The notes beneath the pieces are model-generated. The model was given only the letters and a program-made list of their open reading frames with translations. It was not told the origin of the DNA and did no database searches. From Nitrospirota bacterium (lineage in GTDB: Bacteria > Nitrospirota > UBA9217): a DNA stretch of 60,283 nucleotides. The stretch lies in contig JAOUEV010000014.1 of NCBI GenBank assembly GCA_029858565.1, positions 1 to 60,283 on the forward strand, in the 5' to 3' direction. Position numbers and translations under genes: made by a program. Shown here in pieces: positions 19,338 through 28,944 of this stretch. Numbering within the stretch: the stretch's first letter is position 1; each line of letters begins with the position of its first letter.

Positions 19338-20915
19338 ATGGATAAGATCAGACTTAAAAACCTTGTCATGAACGCACTGGGAAGCGACGCCTCCGAGGAT
19401 GACAGCCTTGCGCCGTCAACGGTCATGTCACTTGTCGTTCCCCGGAGCCGTTTCGCTGAGACCGCGCGCATCCTCAAGAAGGAATACGCTCTGCTTGCAG
19501 CGGAATGGGCGTCTGACGAGACCGGGCTGGGCAGGGGATACGGCGTATACGCCTGCTTTCGTCGGGAGAAAGAGTATCTCGTAGTGAAGATGGAAGTGCC
19601 CACGGACGATCCTGTGTTTCCCAGTCTGGTGAAGAAGTATCCCGCGGCATTTCGGTTCGAACGGCAGATCCAGAGCCTTATGGGACTTATGCCAGCCGGC
19701 AATCCGGACAATCGACCCTGGATCAAGCATGAAGATTGGCCGGCAGATGCCTGGCCCCTCAGAAAGACCTTTGACGGAGCGAAAAAGCTGCCCCGTGTAG
19801 CAGGGGAGTATCGCTGGATACGGGCAGAGGGCGAGGGGATCTACGAGATCCCGGTGGGGCCGGTGCATGCGGGCATTATCGAACCGGGGCATTTTCGATT
19901 CCAGGCCATGGGCGAGGATATCATCAATCTGGAAGCGCGGTTGGGCTATGTCCATAAGGGGATCGAGAAGCGCTTCGAGACCCTCTCCTGGGTTGATGCT
20001 TCCCGTCTCGCGGCGCGCGTGTCCGGTGATACGACGGTCGCACATTCGCTGGGCTACGCGCGGGCCGTGGAAGCTCTCGCGGGCTGTATACCCCCGGACC
20101 GGGCGCATTGGCTCCGTGCGCTTTTCCTGGAACGGGAGCGCATCGCGAACCATCTCGGTGATCTGGGCGCGATATGCAATGATGTTGCATTTGCGTTCCT
20201 CTTCTATCAATTCCATAGACTCAAGGAAATCGTGCTTCGCACCAACATGAATCTTTTTGGCCATCGTTTCCTGATGGACCGAATTGTTCCGGGCGGGGTG
20301 ATCGCGGATATCGATCCCGATAAAGCGCAGACCATAATGGAGGAACTGGCGCTGATCGAAAAGGATTTTGAACGCCTTGTGGCGGTCTATGACGATAATT
20401 CATCGCTCGAGGACCGGGTGCGGGATACCGGTGTCCTGCGCTCCGAGGTTGCGCGGGACCTTTGTGTTGTCGGCATTGTTGCGAGGGCCAGCGGATTGAA
20501 CCTCGATTGCCGCATCCATCATCCTTTTCCGCCTTATGACAGGATAGAAGTGAATGTACCGGTGCTTGTTTCCGGCGACGCTCATGCGCGCGCCTGGGTC
20601 AGGGTGGAAGAGGTCCGGGAATCGATCAGGATCATCCGTGAGCTGCTCAGGTCCATGCCTACAGGAAGACTGACAACGCCGATGGACCGTATCATTGCGA
20701 ACAGATCGGGTTTCTCCGCCGTGGAAGGATGGAGAGGCGAGATCATTTACTGGGTCCAGTCCGGCCAGAACGGCGGCATCAACCGCTGCATGGTGCGTGA
20801 TCCCTCAAGCGTTAATTGGCTGGGATTGGAGCAATGCATCCACGGGAATATCGTTCCTGATTTCCCGCTGTGCAACAAGAGCTTTAATCAGTCCTACTCA
20901 GGAAACGATTTATGA
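19338..20915 (+). CDS. ehrL: Ehr large subunit (no NiFe ligands), module 2
   Basis: GPVHAGIIEPGHFRF, HKGIEK, ARVSGDTTVAH, EGWRG, C-terminal PDFPLCNKSFNQSYSGNDL. Confidence 0.88.
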   Translation: MDKIRLKNLVMNALGSDASEDDSLAPSTVMSLVVPRSRFAETARILKKEYALLAAEWASDETGLGRGYGVYACFRREKEYLVVKMEVPTDDPVFPSLVKKYPAAFRFERQIQSLMGLMPAGNPDNRPWIKHEDWPADAWPLRKTFDGAKKLPRVAGEYRWIRAEGEGIYEIPVGPVHAGIIEPGHFRFQAMGEDIINLEARLGYVHKGIEKRFETLSWVDASRLAARVSGDTTVAHSLGYARAVEALAGCIPPDRAHWLRALFLERERIANHLGDLGAICNDVAFAFLFYQFHRLKEIVLRTNMNLFGHRFLMDRIVPGGVIADIDPDKAQTIMEELALIEKDFERLVAVYDDNSSLEDRVRDTGVLRSEVARDLCVVGIVARASGLNLDCRIHHPFPPYDRIEVNVPVLVSGDAHARAWVRVEEVRESIRIIRELLRSMPTGRLTTPMDRIIANRSGFSAVEGWRGEIIYWVQSGQNGGINRCMVRDPSSVNWLGLEQCIHGNIVPDFPLCNKSFNQSYSGNDL

Positions 20916-21421
20916 TCAGGATACTTAAACAAATATTCAGAACCGGCATCAAAACTGAAACAATTCCGCCGGTCCTGGACCCGGAGATCGCAAAGATCGG
21001 CGTCAAGCTCGAAGCGGTCATCAAAAAACGCTTCCGGGGCAGCCTGGCGATCCGCCAGATCGATGCGGGATCCTGCAATGGCTGTGAACTTGAGATACAT
21101 GCCGTGAACAATGTGTTTTACAATTGTGAACGATTCGGCATCCATTTTACCGCATCGCCTCGGTTCGCTGACCTCCTGCTGGTGACCGGTCCGGTCTCCC
21201 GGAACATGGAAATAGCTCTCCGGAGGACCTACGAAGCTACCCCGACTCCGAAGATCGTTGTCGCGGTGGGGGATTGCGGCTGCAATGGCGGCATTTTCGG
21301 CGAGTCTTATGCCACGGTCGGAGCTGTTGACAGCGTTATTCCCGTCGATGCCCGCATTCCAGGCTGTCCGCCGACACCAATAGCGCTTCTGCAGGGTATT
21401 CTCAAGGCCTTGGCCGATTAA
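20912..21421 (+). CDS. ehrS: Ehr small subunit (NuoB-like), module 2
   Basis: GSCNGCELE, SPRFAD, GDCG, IPGCPP; ATGA overlap with the large subunit. Confidence 0.9.
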   Translation: MIRILKQIFRTGIKTETIPPVLDPEIAKIGVKLEAVIKKRFRGSLAIRQIDAGSCNGCELEIHAVNNVFYNCERFGIHFTASPRFADLLLVTGPVSRNMEIALRRTYEATPTPKIVVAVGDCGCNGGIFGESYATVGAVDSVIPVDARIPGCPPTPIALLQGILKALAD

Positions 21422-21480
21422 TGGCTCACAGTGAATGCGGCACCTGATCGTCTGATCACCCCGGTCTTTTCATTTTCCTT

Positions 21481-21509
21481 TTGCTCCTCAGCAGACCTCG
21501 ATTTATAAT
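21481..21509 (+). promoter_or_regulatory. Putative sigma70 promoter
   Basis: TTGCTC, 17-nt spacer, TATAAT upstream of the NlpC/P60 gene. Confidence 0.55.
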
Positions 21510-21562
21510 GGGACCGTGCCTCAGAAATACAGCTCCGCTTGCCAACGAGGAGTAGCCGATCC

Positions 21563-23017
21563 ATGATCCGTTCTTCTTTCACGCTCATCCGGGCAGCTGT
21601 TGTTCTTTCCTTGACAGCGCTGTTTGTCATCGGCACCGCTTTTTCAGCGCCTGTTGTTGATCCTGCTCTGGAAAAGGACATCCTCGATCTATTGGACCGG
21701 GAATGCCTGAGCCTGAACAAGGAAAAGCTCTACGCACTTCTTGCGCAGGATGCCGCGGTATCGTCTTCCTCCACCGATGCCGCTGTCCTTCTTAAGATCA
21801 TGGAGGGCGTGATCAAAAGGACGGATTTCGACGGCATCGCCGAGGGAAAAACCGTTGAGATCATCGGTCTGGTCTACGGAGCCCATAAAAAAGGCGCGCC
21901 CCTTGAGCAGCTTGACGAGATCTTTGATGTTGCGTACGTGAACACCGTCTCGATCGACCAGCTCTATGCAGCTGCGCAGGCTCTCAAAGAGTTCGGCATG
22001 TCCGAGGTTCCCCAGGATATCTATGAGGAGTTCGTGTATCATTCGATCGAGAACGGATGGGACCCCCGGGTGACGCCGGTCCTTGCGCGCGGGCTCATCT
22101 ACGGCGTTGATCGGGGATTGTCGCCCGACAAAGTCGCCTTGATAATCATGCTCGATGTCAAGAACGGCGAATTGAACAGCAAGAAGCCTGACCAGTTGGT
22201 CATGGATGCAATCAAGCTCGTGCGGGAAAAGGAGCCAGCCAGGTGGAGGTCTCCGGATCAGGGCGAGCGTGACAGGGCTGCAAGGATGGACAAAGAGCGC
22301 CTTCTGGAAAAGAAAAAAGAGGAGATCGATAACCAGCTGCAGCAGAAGGAGCGTGCCTTCACGGCCGCCACGACAAAGCTGAAAGAACTGCGCGAATATC
22401 CGGAGCAGCAGACCATTGACCAGAAGAGGATCGACCAGGATCTGGAAGCATTGATCCGGAAACTCCAGGATGAGATCAGCCAGGCCCAGAACAGACAGCG
22501 CGATATAGTGGCGGAACTGGAAACAACGAAGAAAGATGTTGAACAGCGCCAGGCTGTCAAGGACCGTGAAAAGAAGGAAAAGCGGGAGAAGGAACTGGCC
22601 AGAAAGCAGCAGGACATCCAGTCCAGGGGAAAACAGGGACGCCTGAACAAGACAGCGCTCAAAACGGAAGTCGATAAGTACCTGGGCACGCCCTATCGAT
22701 TCGGAGGAGATTCGAGGAACGGCATAGATTGCTCCGCTTTCACCCGGCGTGTCTACCGCGGCCAGGGTGTGGAGCTTCCACGGACCAGCAGGGAGCAGGC
22801 GCGGGTCGGCAATGGCGTTACGTACAGCAATGTCCGCACCGGGGACCTTATCTTCTTTGATACGTCCATAAACGGGAACATTTCCCATGTAGGCGTGCAC
22901 CTGGGGAACAATGTCTTTGCCCATGCCAGCAGCAGTAAGGGCGTGACCAGGAGTTCCCTCAAGGAAAAGTACTATGTTAAGCGCTTTGTAAAAGGCGGAA
23001 GGATCTTTGCTGATTAA
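21563..23017 (+). CDS. Secreted NlpC/P60 (C40) peptidoglycan endopeptidase with N-terminal helical region and coiled coil
   Basis: Signal peptide; charged coiled-coil stretch; YLGTPYRFGG..GIDCSAF..SHVG..FAHAS catalytic Cys-His-His. Confidence 0.88.
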   Translation: MIRSSFTLIRAAVVLSLTALFVIGTAFSAPVVDPALEKDILDLLDRECLSLNKEKLYALLAQDAAVSSSSTDAAVLLKIMEGVIKRTDFDGIAEGKTVEIIGLVYGAHKKGAPLEQLDEIFDVAYVNTVSIDQLYAAAQALKEFGMSEVPQDIYEEFVYHSIENGWDPRVTPVLARGLIYGVDRGLSPDKVALIIMLDVKNGELNSKKPDQLVMDAIKLVREKEPARWRSPDQGERDRAARMDKERLLEKKKEEIDNQLQQKERAFTAATTKLKELREYPEQQTIDQKRIDQDLEALIRKLQDEISQAQNRQRDIVAELETTKKDVEQRQAVKDREKKEKREKELARKQQDIQSRGKQGRLNKTALKTEVDKYLGTPYRFGGDSRNGIDCSAFTRRVYRGQGVELPRTSREQARVGNGVTYSNVRTGDLIFFDTSINGNISHVGVHLGNNVFAHASSSKGVTRSSLKEKYYVKRFVKGGRIFAD

Positions 23018-23039
23018 GGATCGAACGGAGAGGTGACCC

Positions 23040-23543
23040 ATGAAAAAGACCGCCCTTGTGGCATATCTGTTTGCGACGGGACTGGTTATGTTCCTGATAG
23101 GATGCACCACGGGACAGAAGGACCGGGTGCCGAAGAACACTCTCGCGACAGCCCAGGAGACGGTAAGGGCGTTCTGCGATCTTGACGCTGACGGGGTGCG
23201 TTTGAAGAGCGAGACCTGGTCAAGGATCCTTCCGTATATCGCATGGACCGAGGAAGCGGGGTGGGACCGGACCGCGGTCATCGAAGGGTATCGGATCGTG
23301 AAATCCGACAATACTTCGGAAAAGCTTGAGCTGGTGACTGTCGAGTACCAGATCGCTGGCAATCTTTCTCAGGATTATATGCCGGCGAAGCAGATGGAGA
23401 CTGTCATATTCACGGTCCAGAAAACCGGAGACGGGTGGAAGATCAAGGACCCGGATTTCATGCCGCCCCATGTGCTCATGCAGCCTGTGATCAGACATCT
23501 TCGGGAAACCAGGCGGCTTGAGCTTGTTGATAAGATCAAATAG
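23040..23543 (+). CDS. Hypothetical lipoprotein
   Basis: MKK + hydrophobic stretch + LIGC lipobox; SD GAGGTGA. Confidence 0.7.
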   Translation: MKKTALVAYLFATGLVMFLIGCTTGQKDRVPKNTLATAQETVRAFCDLDADGVRLKSETWSRILPYIAWTEEAGWDRTAVIEGYRIVKSDNTSEKLELVTVEYQIAGNLSQDYMPAKQMETVIFTVQKTGDGWKIKDPDFMPPHVLMQPVIRHLRETRRLELVDKIK

Positions 23544-23574
23544 CAGCAGTCTGCTCGATCCTGAAGGAGTGAAC

Positions 23575-24036
23575 ATGCGGAGATATCTCGCGTTAGGTCT
23601 CATCATCTTGTGTACCCTGATCAGTTCTACCATCGTCCACGGGGCAGGGGCTGACGACATCCTGGGTGTCTGGAACAACCAGGAAAAGACCGCCCGGATC
23701 GAGGTCATGAAATGCGGTGACGTATATTGCGGGAAGATCGTGTGGCTTGAGGAACCCAATTACCCGGAAGGCTCGACCGACGGCGTTCCCGGCACGCCGA
23801 AGCTGGATCATAAAAATCCCGTGCCGGAGAAGAGGAAAACCCCGGTCATGGGGCTCCCGATCGTGAACGATATGCGGCCTGACGGTGAAAAGACCTGGTC
23901 GGGCGGAACGGTTTACGACCCGAAGAACGGGAAGACCTACAAAGGCAAGCTGACCCTCATTGACCAAAACCGGCTGGACCTTCGAGGTTATATCGGTATT
24001 TCACTGATCGGCAGAACTGCCCATTGGACAAGATGA
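23575..24036 (+). CDS. DUF2147 domain secreted protein
   Basis: ILGVW, CGKIVW, W.GG.VYDPKNGKTY, LRGYIG..GRT..WTR. Confidence 0.88.
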   Translation: MRRYLALGLIILCTLISSTIVHGAGADDILGVWNNQEKTARIEVMKCGDVYCGKIVWLEEPNYPEGSTDGVPGTPKLDHKNPVPEKRKTPVMGLPIVNDMRPDGEKTWSGGTVYDPKNGKTYKGKLTLIDQNRLDLRGYIGISLIGRTAHWTR

Positions 24037-24174
24037 AGGATAGGCAGTGCTGCGGTCGCGAAGGTGCTTGCACGTTCCCGGGCGGTTCGATGAGATGACT
24101 GCCGCCATATTTCCCCAATAGATTTTTCCAGGCCTCTCTGGTATAGTACATTACGATTCGATCGCAGTAATACC

Positions 24175-25125
24175 ATGAAAACAGCAGCTTTACCCACAAA
24201 ACAGACAGCGCGTCGGTACAACGCCTTTGGGCAGGCGATGAAGGACATTTATGGCCTGCCGGTCTACAAGGTGAACGTTGACGCGGGATTTACCTGTCCG
24301 AACCGAGATGGTTCAGTTTCCGTGGGTGGATGCATCTACTGCAATAACGACAGTTTTCGTCCGAACGCGTGCACCAGTGCGGCGTCAGTCCGGGAACAGG
24401 TGGAAAAGGGGATTCCCTATCTTCGCAGGCGCTACGGCGCGGAAAAGTTCCTGGTCTATTTCCAGCCGTTCACGAACACCTATGCCGATGTCCGGACGCT
24501 GGAGCGGCTCTATCTTGAAGCGCTGGACCATCCCGGAGTCATAGGACTCGCTATCGGCACCCGGCCTGACTGCGTTGACGCTGATAAAATCGCGCTTCTT
24601 GAGGACCTTGCAAAGGACCGCTTCGTCCTCGTCGAATACGGATTGCAGTCGGTCTATGACCGGACCCTCGAATTCATCAACCGCGGCCATGACTACGCCT
24701 GTTTCAAGGAAGCACTGCACATGACCGTTGGCAGGGGGATCAAGGTGGGCGCCCATTTGATATTAGGTTTCCCGACAGAGACGCGGGACGAGATGCTCGC
24801 CATGGCCGACGTCCTGTCGGAACTGCCTGTCGGCTTCCTGAAGGTCCATCAGCTGCAGGTAATCAGGGAGACCGCGTTGGCGGACCTGTTTCGCGACAAA
24901 CCGTTCCCGACCTTTGGGTACGAGGAGTATATCGCAATGGTGGCCGAGTTTCTCGAACGGCTGTCTCCGGACATCGTGATCCAACGGCTCTTTGCATCGG
25001 CGCCCGAGGAGATTCTGATCGCGCCGGTATGGAACAGAACGCGCAGCCAGTTCCTGCTTGATCTGGACAGGTTCATGCAGGAGCGGGAAAGTTATCAGGG
25101 CATGCGTCGCGCGCTTCCCGGCTAG
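24175..25125 (+). CDS. TIGR01212/YhcC-family radical SAM protein
   Basis: DAGFTCPNRDG...GGCIYCNN, YFQPFTNTY, GTRPD, INRGH. Confidence 0.9.
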   Translation: MKTAALPTKQTARRYNAFGQAMKDIYGLPVYKVNVDAGFTCPNRDGSVSVGGCIYCNNDSFRPNACTSAASVREQVEKGIPYLRRRYGAEKFLVYFQPFTNTYADVRTLERLYLEALDHPGVIGLAIGTRPDCVDADKIALLEDLAKDRFVLVEYGLQSVYDRTLEFINRGHDYACFKEALHMTVGRGIKVGAHLILGFPTETRDEMLAMADVLSELPVGFLKVHQLQVIRETALADLFRDKPFPTFGYEEYIAMVAEFLERLSPDIVIQRLFASAPEEILIAPVWNRTRSQFLLDLDRFMQERESYQGMRRALPG

Positions 25126-25180
25126 CCGCTGCCGCGGACAAGCGGCAAGCTCGTTCTGGTAGCCATCATAAGGAGTTGAA

Positions 25181-25849
25181 ATGATAGATCTGCATACACA
25201 TTCATTGTTCAGCGACGGGGTACTGGTCCCATCCGAGCTTGTACGGCGGGCGGTGATGAAGGGATATGAAGTGATCGCAATTACGGACCACGCCGACGCC
25301 TCGAACCTGGATTTCACCATCCCCCGGGTCACGGCTGCATGCCGGGAACTTTCAAAACGATGGAAGATCAAGGCGCTGCCTGGCATCGAGATCACCCATG
25401 TACCGCCGGAGACCTTCGGAGCTCTCACGCGCAAGGCGCGGGAACTGGGAGCGGTGATCGTCGTGGCTCATGGAGAAACGCTGGTGGAGCCGGTGCATCC
25501 GGGAACGAACCGCGCGGCCATCGAGGCGGGAGTGGACATCCTGGCACATCCGGGCCTGATCACCAACGCCGAGGCCGCGCTTGCCGCGAAAAAAGGCGTG
25601 GCCCTGGAGATCACAACACGCAAAGGGCACAGTCTGTCGAACGGACATGTGGCTAAGGCGGCCCTGGCAGCAGGAGCAAGCCTGGTGGTCGACACGGATT
25701 CCCATGAACCGGGTGATCTGGTGGACAAGGCCTATGCCCTGACCGTGCTGCTGGGGGCGGGGCTCACGAAAAAGCAGTCCGAACAGGTCTTCAGGAATTC
25801 CCGGAAACTGGCTGATCAGGCGATAAAACGGTTCGCATCTTTACGATAA
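25181..25849 (+). CDS. PHP-domain phosphatase/hydrolase
   Basis: IDLHTHSLFSDG, ITDH, AHG, AHPG, DTDSH. Confidence 0.88.
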   Translation: MIDLHTHSLFSDGVLVPSELVRRAVMKGYEVIAITDHADASNLDFTIPRVTAACRELSKRWKIKALPGIEITHVPPETFGALTRKARELGAVIVVAHGETLVEPVHPGTNRAAIEAGVDILAHPGLITNAEAALAAKKGVALEITTRKGHSLSNGHVAKAALAAGASLVVDTDSHEPGDLVDKAYALTVLLGAGLTKKQSEQVFRNSRKLADQAIKRFASLR

Positions 25850-25876
25850 TATCGTTCCAAGGAGGAGTGCGGAAGC

Positions 25877-26596
25877 ATGGCAAAGATAAAGAAGAAAAGC
25901 ACGAAGACCCATTTCGATACGACCGAAGAGCTCAGGTCGATCGCCCACAATGTTTCAGATCAGTATATGGCAAGAAAAAAGCTGGTGAACACGGTGCTGC
26001 TGGCGGTCATTGCGCTTAGTGTGGTTGCGGTCATCTACGTCATGATTAACGCGAACCAGGAGAAAAGCGCCGGCATGTTGGTCGAGACAGCCTATGCTTC
26101 CTATAGCGGTTCAGCTGGTTCCGGTCCGAACTACGACAAGGCTCTCCAGGGTTTTCAGGATGTGGTAAAGCAATACGGCAGCACACTGAACGGCGCGATC
26201 GCGCAGTTCTATATCGGCAACACCATGGCACAGATGGGACGGACCGACGATGCCATGAAGGCCTATCTGGAGTGCACAAAACGATATAGCGGGAAGAAAT
26301 TCATCTCAGCCATTGCCTTTCAGCGGATGGGATACCTTTACGACAAGATCGGAAAGCAGGAGGAGGCGATCGCGGCATTCAAGCAGGCAGAGGCATTGTC
26401 CGGAGCGGGCCTGGCGACCGTTGAGCTTGCTCATCTGTACGAAATGACGGGAAAATCCAAAGAAGCCCTGGAAAAGTACAAGGAGTTGACGGATAAACTT
26501 CCCGGGACGACCTTCGCGATGTCGGCACGGTCAAAACTGCCTCCGCCCGACCTGTCGGCTGCAAAGACCGCTCCGTCGGGGACCTCGGCAAAGTGA
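25877..26596 (+). CDS. Single-TM TPR protein (YfgM-like)
   Basis: N-terminal TM helix followed by TPR-like helical repeats. Confidence 0.75.
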   Translation: MAKIKKKSTKTHFDTTEELRSIAHNVSDQYMARKKLVNTVLLAVIALSVVAVIYVMINANQEKSAGMLVETAYASYSGSAGSGPNYDKALQGFQDVVKQYGSTLNGAIAQFYIGNTMAQMGRTDDAMKAYLECTKRYSGKKFISAIAFQRMGYLYDKIGKQEEAIAAFKQAEALSGAGLATVELAHLYEMTGKSKEALEKYKELTDKLPGTTFAMSARSKLPPPDLSAAKTAPSGTSAK

Positions 26597-26641
26597 ATCT
26601 TGCTCCCGTCTTCTCGCAATGCGGAGCAAACTTGAAATAAT

Positions 26642-26678
26642 AAAAAAGGGTCAGGAGAACATCTCCTGACCCTTTTTT
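26642..26678. terminator. Bidirectional intrinsic terminator
   Basis: AAAAAAGGGTCAGGAGA-ACA-TCTCCTGACCCTTTTTT between convergent genes. Confidence 0.9.
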
Positions 26679-26696
26679 GTTCTTATATGACCGCGA

Positions 26697-28034
26697 TCAG
26701 ATCGAATCCACATCCACGACGAGCTTGATCTTCTGTCCTGCCCGAATTGTCCGAAGGCCGTTGTTCCAGCCGCGGATATCAGCAATGGTCACATTGTGTT
26801 TCTTCGCTATCCGTGAAAGGTTGTCGCCGCGGCGGACCCGATAGAGAATCTGCTGTTTCTTTCCCAGCTGCTCCGGCGCCAACGATCCCATATCCGAGGT
26901 TTTCCCGTTCACTTCAAGGGGGATCAGGATATGCTTTCCCGGCACCAGACGGCCCCGCTTCAGACCGTTGATGTCCTTGATCGCTTCGGGATTTGAGTTG
27001 TATTCCTTGGCGATATTGGCCAGGGTGTCGCCTTTTTCCACAAGGTGCCGCTCCCACCGTATCTTCTGATCGTCGGGAACGAGTGCGTAATTGGTCAGGA
27101 AAAGGTCCCTGGTGCCTTTCGGAATGCGAAGGATATATCGCGTTTCATCAGGAGGGGTCACCCATCGCTTCAGCTCCGGGTTCATACCCTTGATCGTCTC
27201 ATAGGTCGTGCCGGCGCAACGGGCTATGACCCGAAGGTCGGAACTCTCCGTGATAAGCACTTCATCGTAGGTAAAGGGATCCACCGGAGGGGTGACAAAC
27301 CCGTAGGCCTCCGGGTTCTTGGCAATGATCGTGGCGGCCATGAACTTGGGGATATAGTTTTTGGTCTCCCGTCGGATATACCTGGACGCCTTCAGATCCC
27401 AGAAATCCTCTGAGCGGGTGCGGAGCACCGCACGCTGGACCTTGCCGGCTCCTGCATTGTAGGAGGCCAGTGCGAGAGGCCAGGAACCAAAGAGGTTGTG
27501 AAGGTCCTTGAGGTGTTCCGCCGCAGCATAGGTCGACTTTATCGGGTCCTTGCGCTCGTCGACCCACCAATCGATCTTGAGACCGTAAAGTTTACCGGTG
27601 TGCGGCATGAACTGCCAGGGCCCCACAGCACGGGCCCAGGAAACAGCGTAGGGGTTGAATCCGCTTTCGATCATGGCGACATAGACAAGATCCTCGGGAA
27701 GGTTCTTTTCCCTGAATATCTCCTGCATGGCGGGAATGTACCTGGCAGACCGCTCCAGCCATTTTTGGAAAACATCGCGGCCTCTTGTTTTGAAGTACTC
27801 GAGATGATTCTCAACGCTGTCGTTCAGGATCATCGGAATCTGATAGGGTTTTGTTTCCAGATACCCGTCGACGTACTCTTCTACCTGGGACAGATCTTCC
27901 TTGGGCGGCTTGTACTCGTTCGGGATCTTCTTGTCCCTGGATGTTTCAGCAGGCACAGCATTGACAGAGAAGGGGATCAATAAGAACGCGAGAGCTGTAA
28001 CTAATGATAAAATTGAGACAAATCTGTATTTCAT
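26697..28034 (-). CDS. mltD: Membrane-bound lytic murein transglycosylase D-like (SLT + 2 LysM)
   Basis: AMIESGFNP, GPWQFM, SYNAG, ETKNY; two LysM domains (VEKGDTL, VRRGDNL). Confidence 0.9.
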   Translation of the reverse strand: MKYRFVSILSLVTALAFLLIPFSVNAVPAETSRDKKIPNEYKPPKEDLSQVEEYVDGYLETKPYQIPMILNDSVENHLEYFKTRGRDVFQKWLERSARYIPAMQEIFREKNLPEDLVYVAMIESGFNPYAVSWARAVGPWQFMPHTGKLYGLKIDWWVDERKDPIKSTYAAAEHLKDLHNLFGSWPLALASYNAGAGKVQRAVLRTRSEDFWDLKASRYIRRETKNYIPKFMAATIIAKNPEAYGFVTPPVDPFTYDEVLITESSDLRVIARCAGTTYETIKGMNPELKRWVTPPDETRYILRIPKGTRDLFLTNYALVPDDQKIRWERHLVEKGDTLANIAKEYNSNPEAIKDINGLKRGRLVPGKHILIPLEVNGKTSDMGSLAPEQLGKKQQILYRVRRGDNLSRIAKKHNVTIADIRGWNNGLRTIRAGQKIKLVVDVDSI

Positions 28035-28182
28035 TTGCCCTCCTAATTGTACATTATTACTCCATCCTTGTGACTAAGTCAAGGACAAAGAGCATAATTA
28101 AAATGGACAATACCGTGTTTTCTGGTATTTATACCAATAGGAGAATCTTGTTTTCCTTACCTCTGTCCGGTATAGTGCTCCC

Positions 28183-28932
28183 ATGATAACGGTTCCTGTT
28201 GACGAGATCTTCGCATCCATTCAGGGTGAAGGGCCCTATGTGGGGCAACGACATATATTCCTCCGCTTCATCGGCTGCGATCTCCAATGCGCTTATTGTG
28301 ACACCCCCGATGGGGTGAAAACGCCGGAAGGATCACTTCGACCGTGCAGAGCGCAGATATCTCCCGATTCCTTTGACCGCGAGGAATTGGTCAATCCTCT
28401 GACCGGAGTGCGGTTGACCGAAGTCTGCGAACGGCTTCGTGTTGCCGGCTCTGTTAAGCCATGGCTCAGTCTGACCGGCGGTGAGCCTTTGCTGCATGCG
28501 GAGTTTCTCGAACAGTGGCTTCCTGCCATGCGCGGAACATACCGGATATACCTGGAAACGAACGGTATCCGTCATGTCGACATGCAGCAGCTGGCATCTC
28601 TGGTGGATCTGGTCAGCATGGATATAAAACTTCCTTCATCAACAGGGCAACGGGAACGCTGGGACGAGCACGGCCTGTTCCTGGACGCGGCCCTGGGAAG
28701 CGATGTGTTCGTCAAGGCAGTGGTGACCGGCGACTGCGATCCTGAGGACCTCTGGCGCGCTGTGCGGCTGGTGGCTGAACGTCGAAAGACAATTCCGTTC
28801 ATTATTCAGCCTGTATCGGGCATGGAGGGACCGAATCCAGAAATGCTGGTCAGGCTCCAGAACAAGGCACTTGCGGTGCTTGACGATGTACGGGTCGTTC
28901 CCCAGGTGCATAAGATGCTCCTGGTGCCTTAA
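28183..28932 (+). CDS. queE: 7-carboxy-7-deazaguanine synthase (radical SAM)
   Basis: EIFASIQGEG, CDLQCAYCDT, TGGEPL, ETNG, PQVHK. Confidence 0.88.
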   Translation: MITVPVDEIFASIQGEGPYVGQRHIFLRFIGCDLQCAYCDTPDGVKTPEGSLRPCRAQISPDSFDREELVNPLTGVRLTEVCERLRVAGSVKPWLSLTGGEPLLHAEFLEQWLPAMRGTYRIYLETNGIRHVDMQQLASLVDLVSMDIKLPSSTGQRERWDEHGLFLDAALGSDVFVKAVVTGDCDPEDLWRAVRLVAERRKTIPFIIQPVSGMEGPNPEMLVRLQNKALAVLDDVRVVPQVHKMLLVP

Positions 28933-28944
28933 GAGGGCACTGAC

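Noticed and set aside
11854-20915. Calling the two clusters functional [NiFe] hydrogenase-4 / formate hydrogenlyase
   Set aside because: Both large subunits lack the L1 and L2 CxxC ligands, and no maturation or formate dehydrogenase genes are nearby.
6690-21421. Assembly artefact or recent duplication
   Set aside because: The paralogues differ extensively in sequence, length and spacers.
21689-23362. 557-aa minus-strand ORF and other long antisense ORFs (e.g. 1777-2880, 13946-15178, 31785-33056, 48770-49837)
   Set aside because: They lie opposite well-supported genes, have no recognisable motifs, and are expected shadows in GC-rich DNA.
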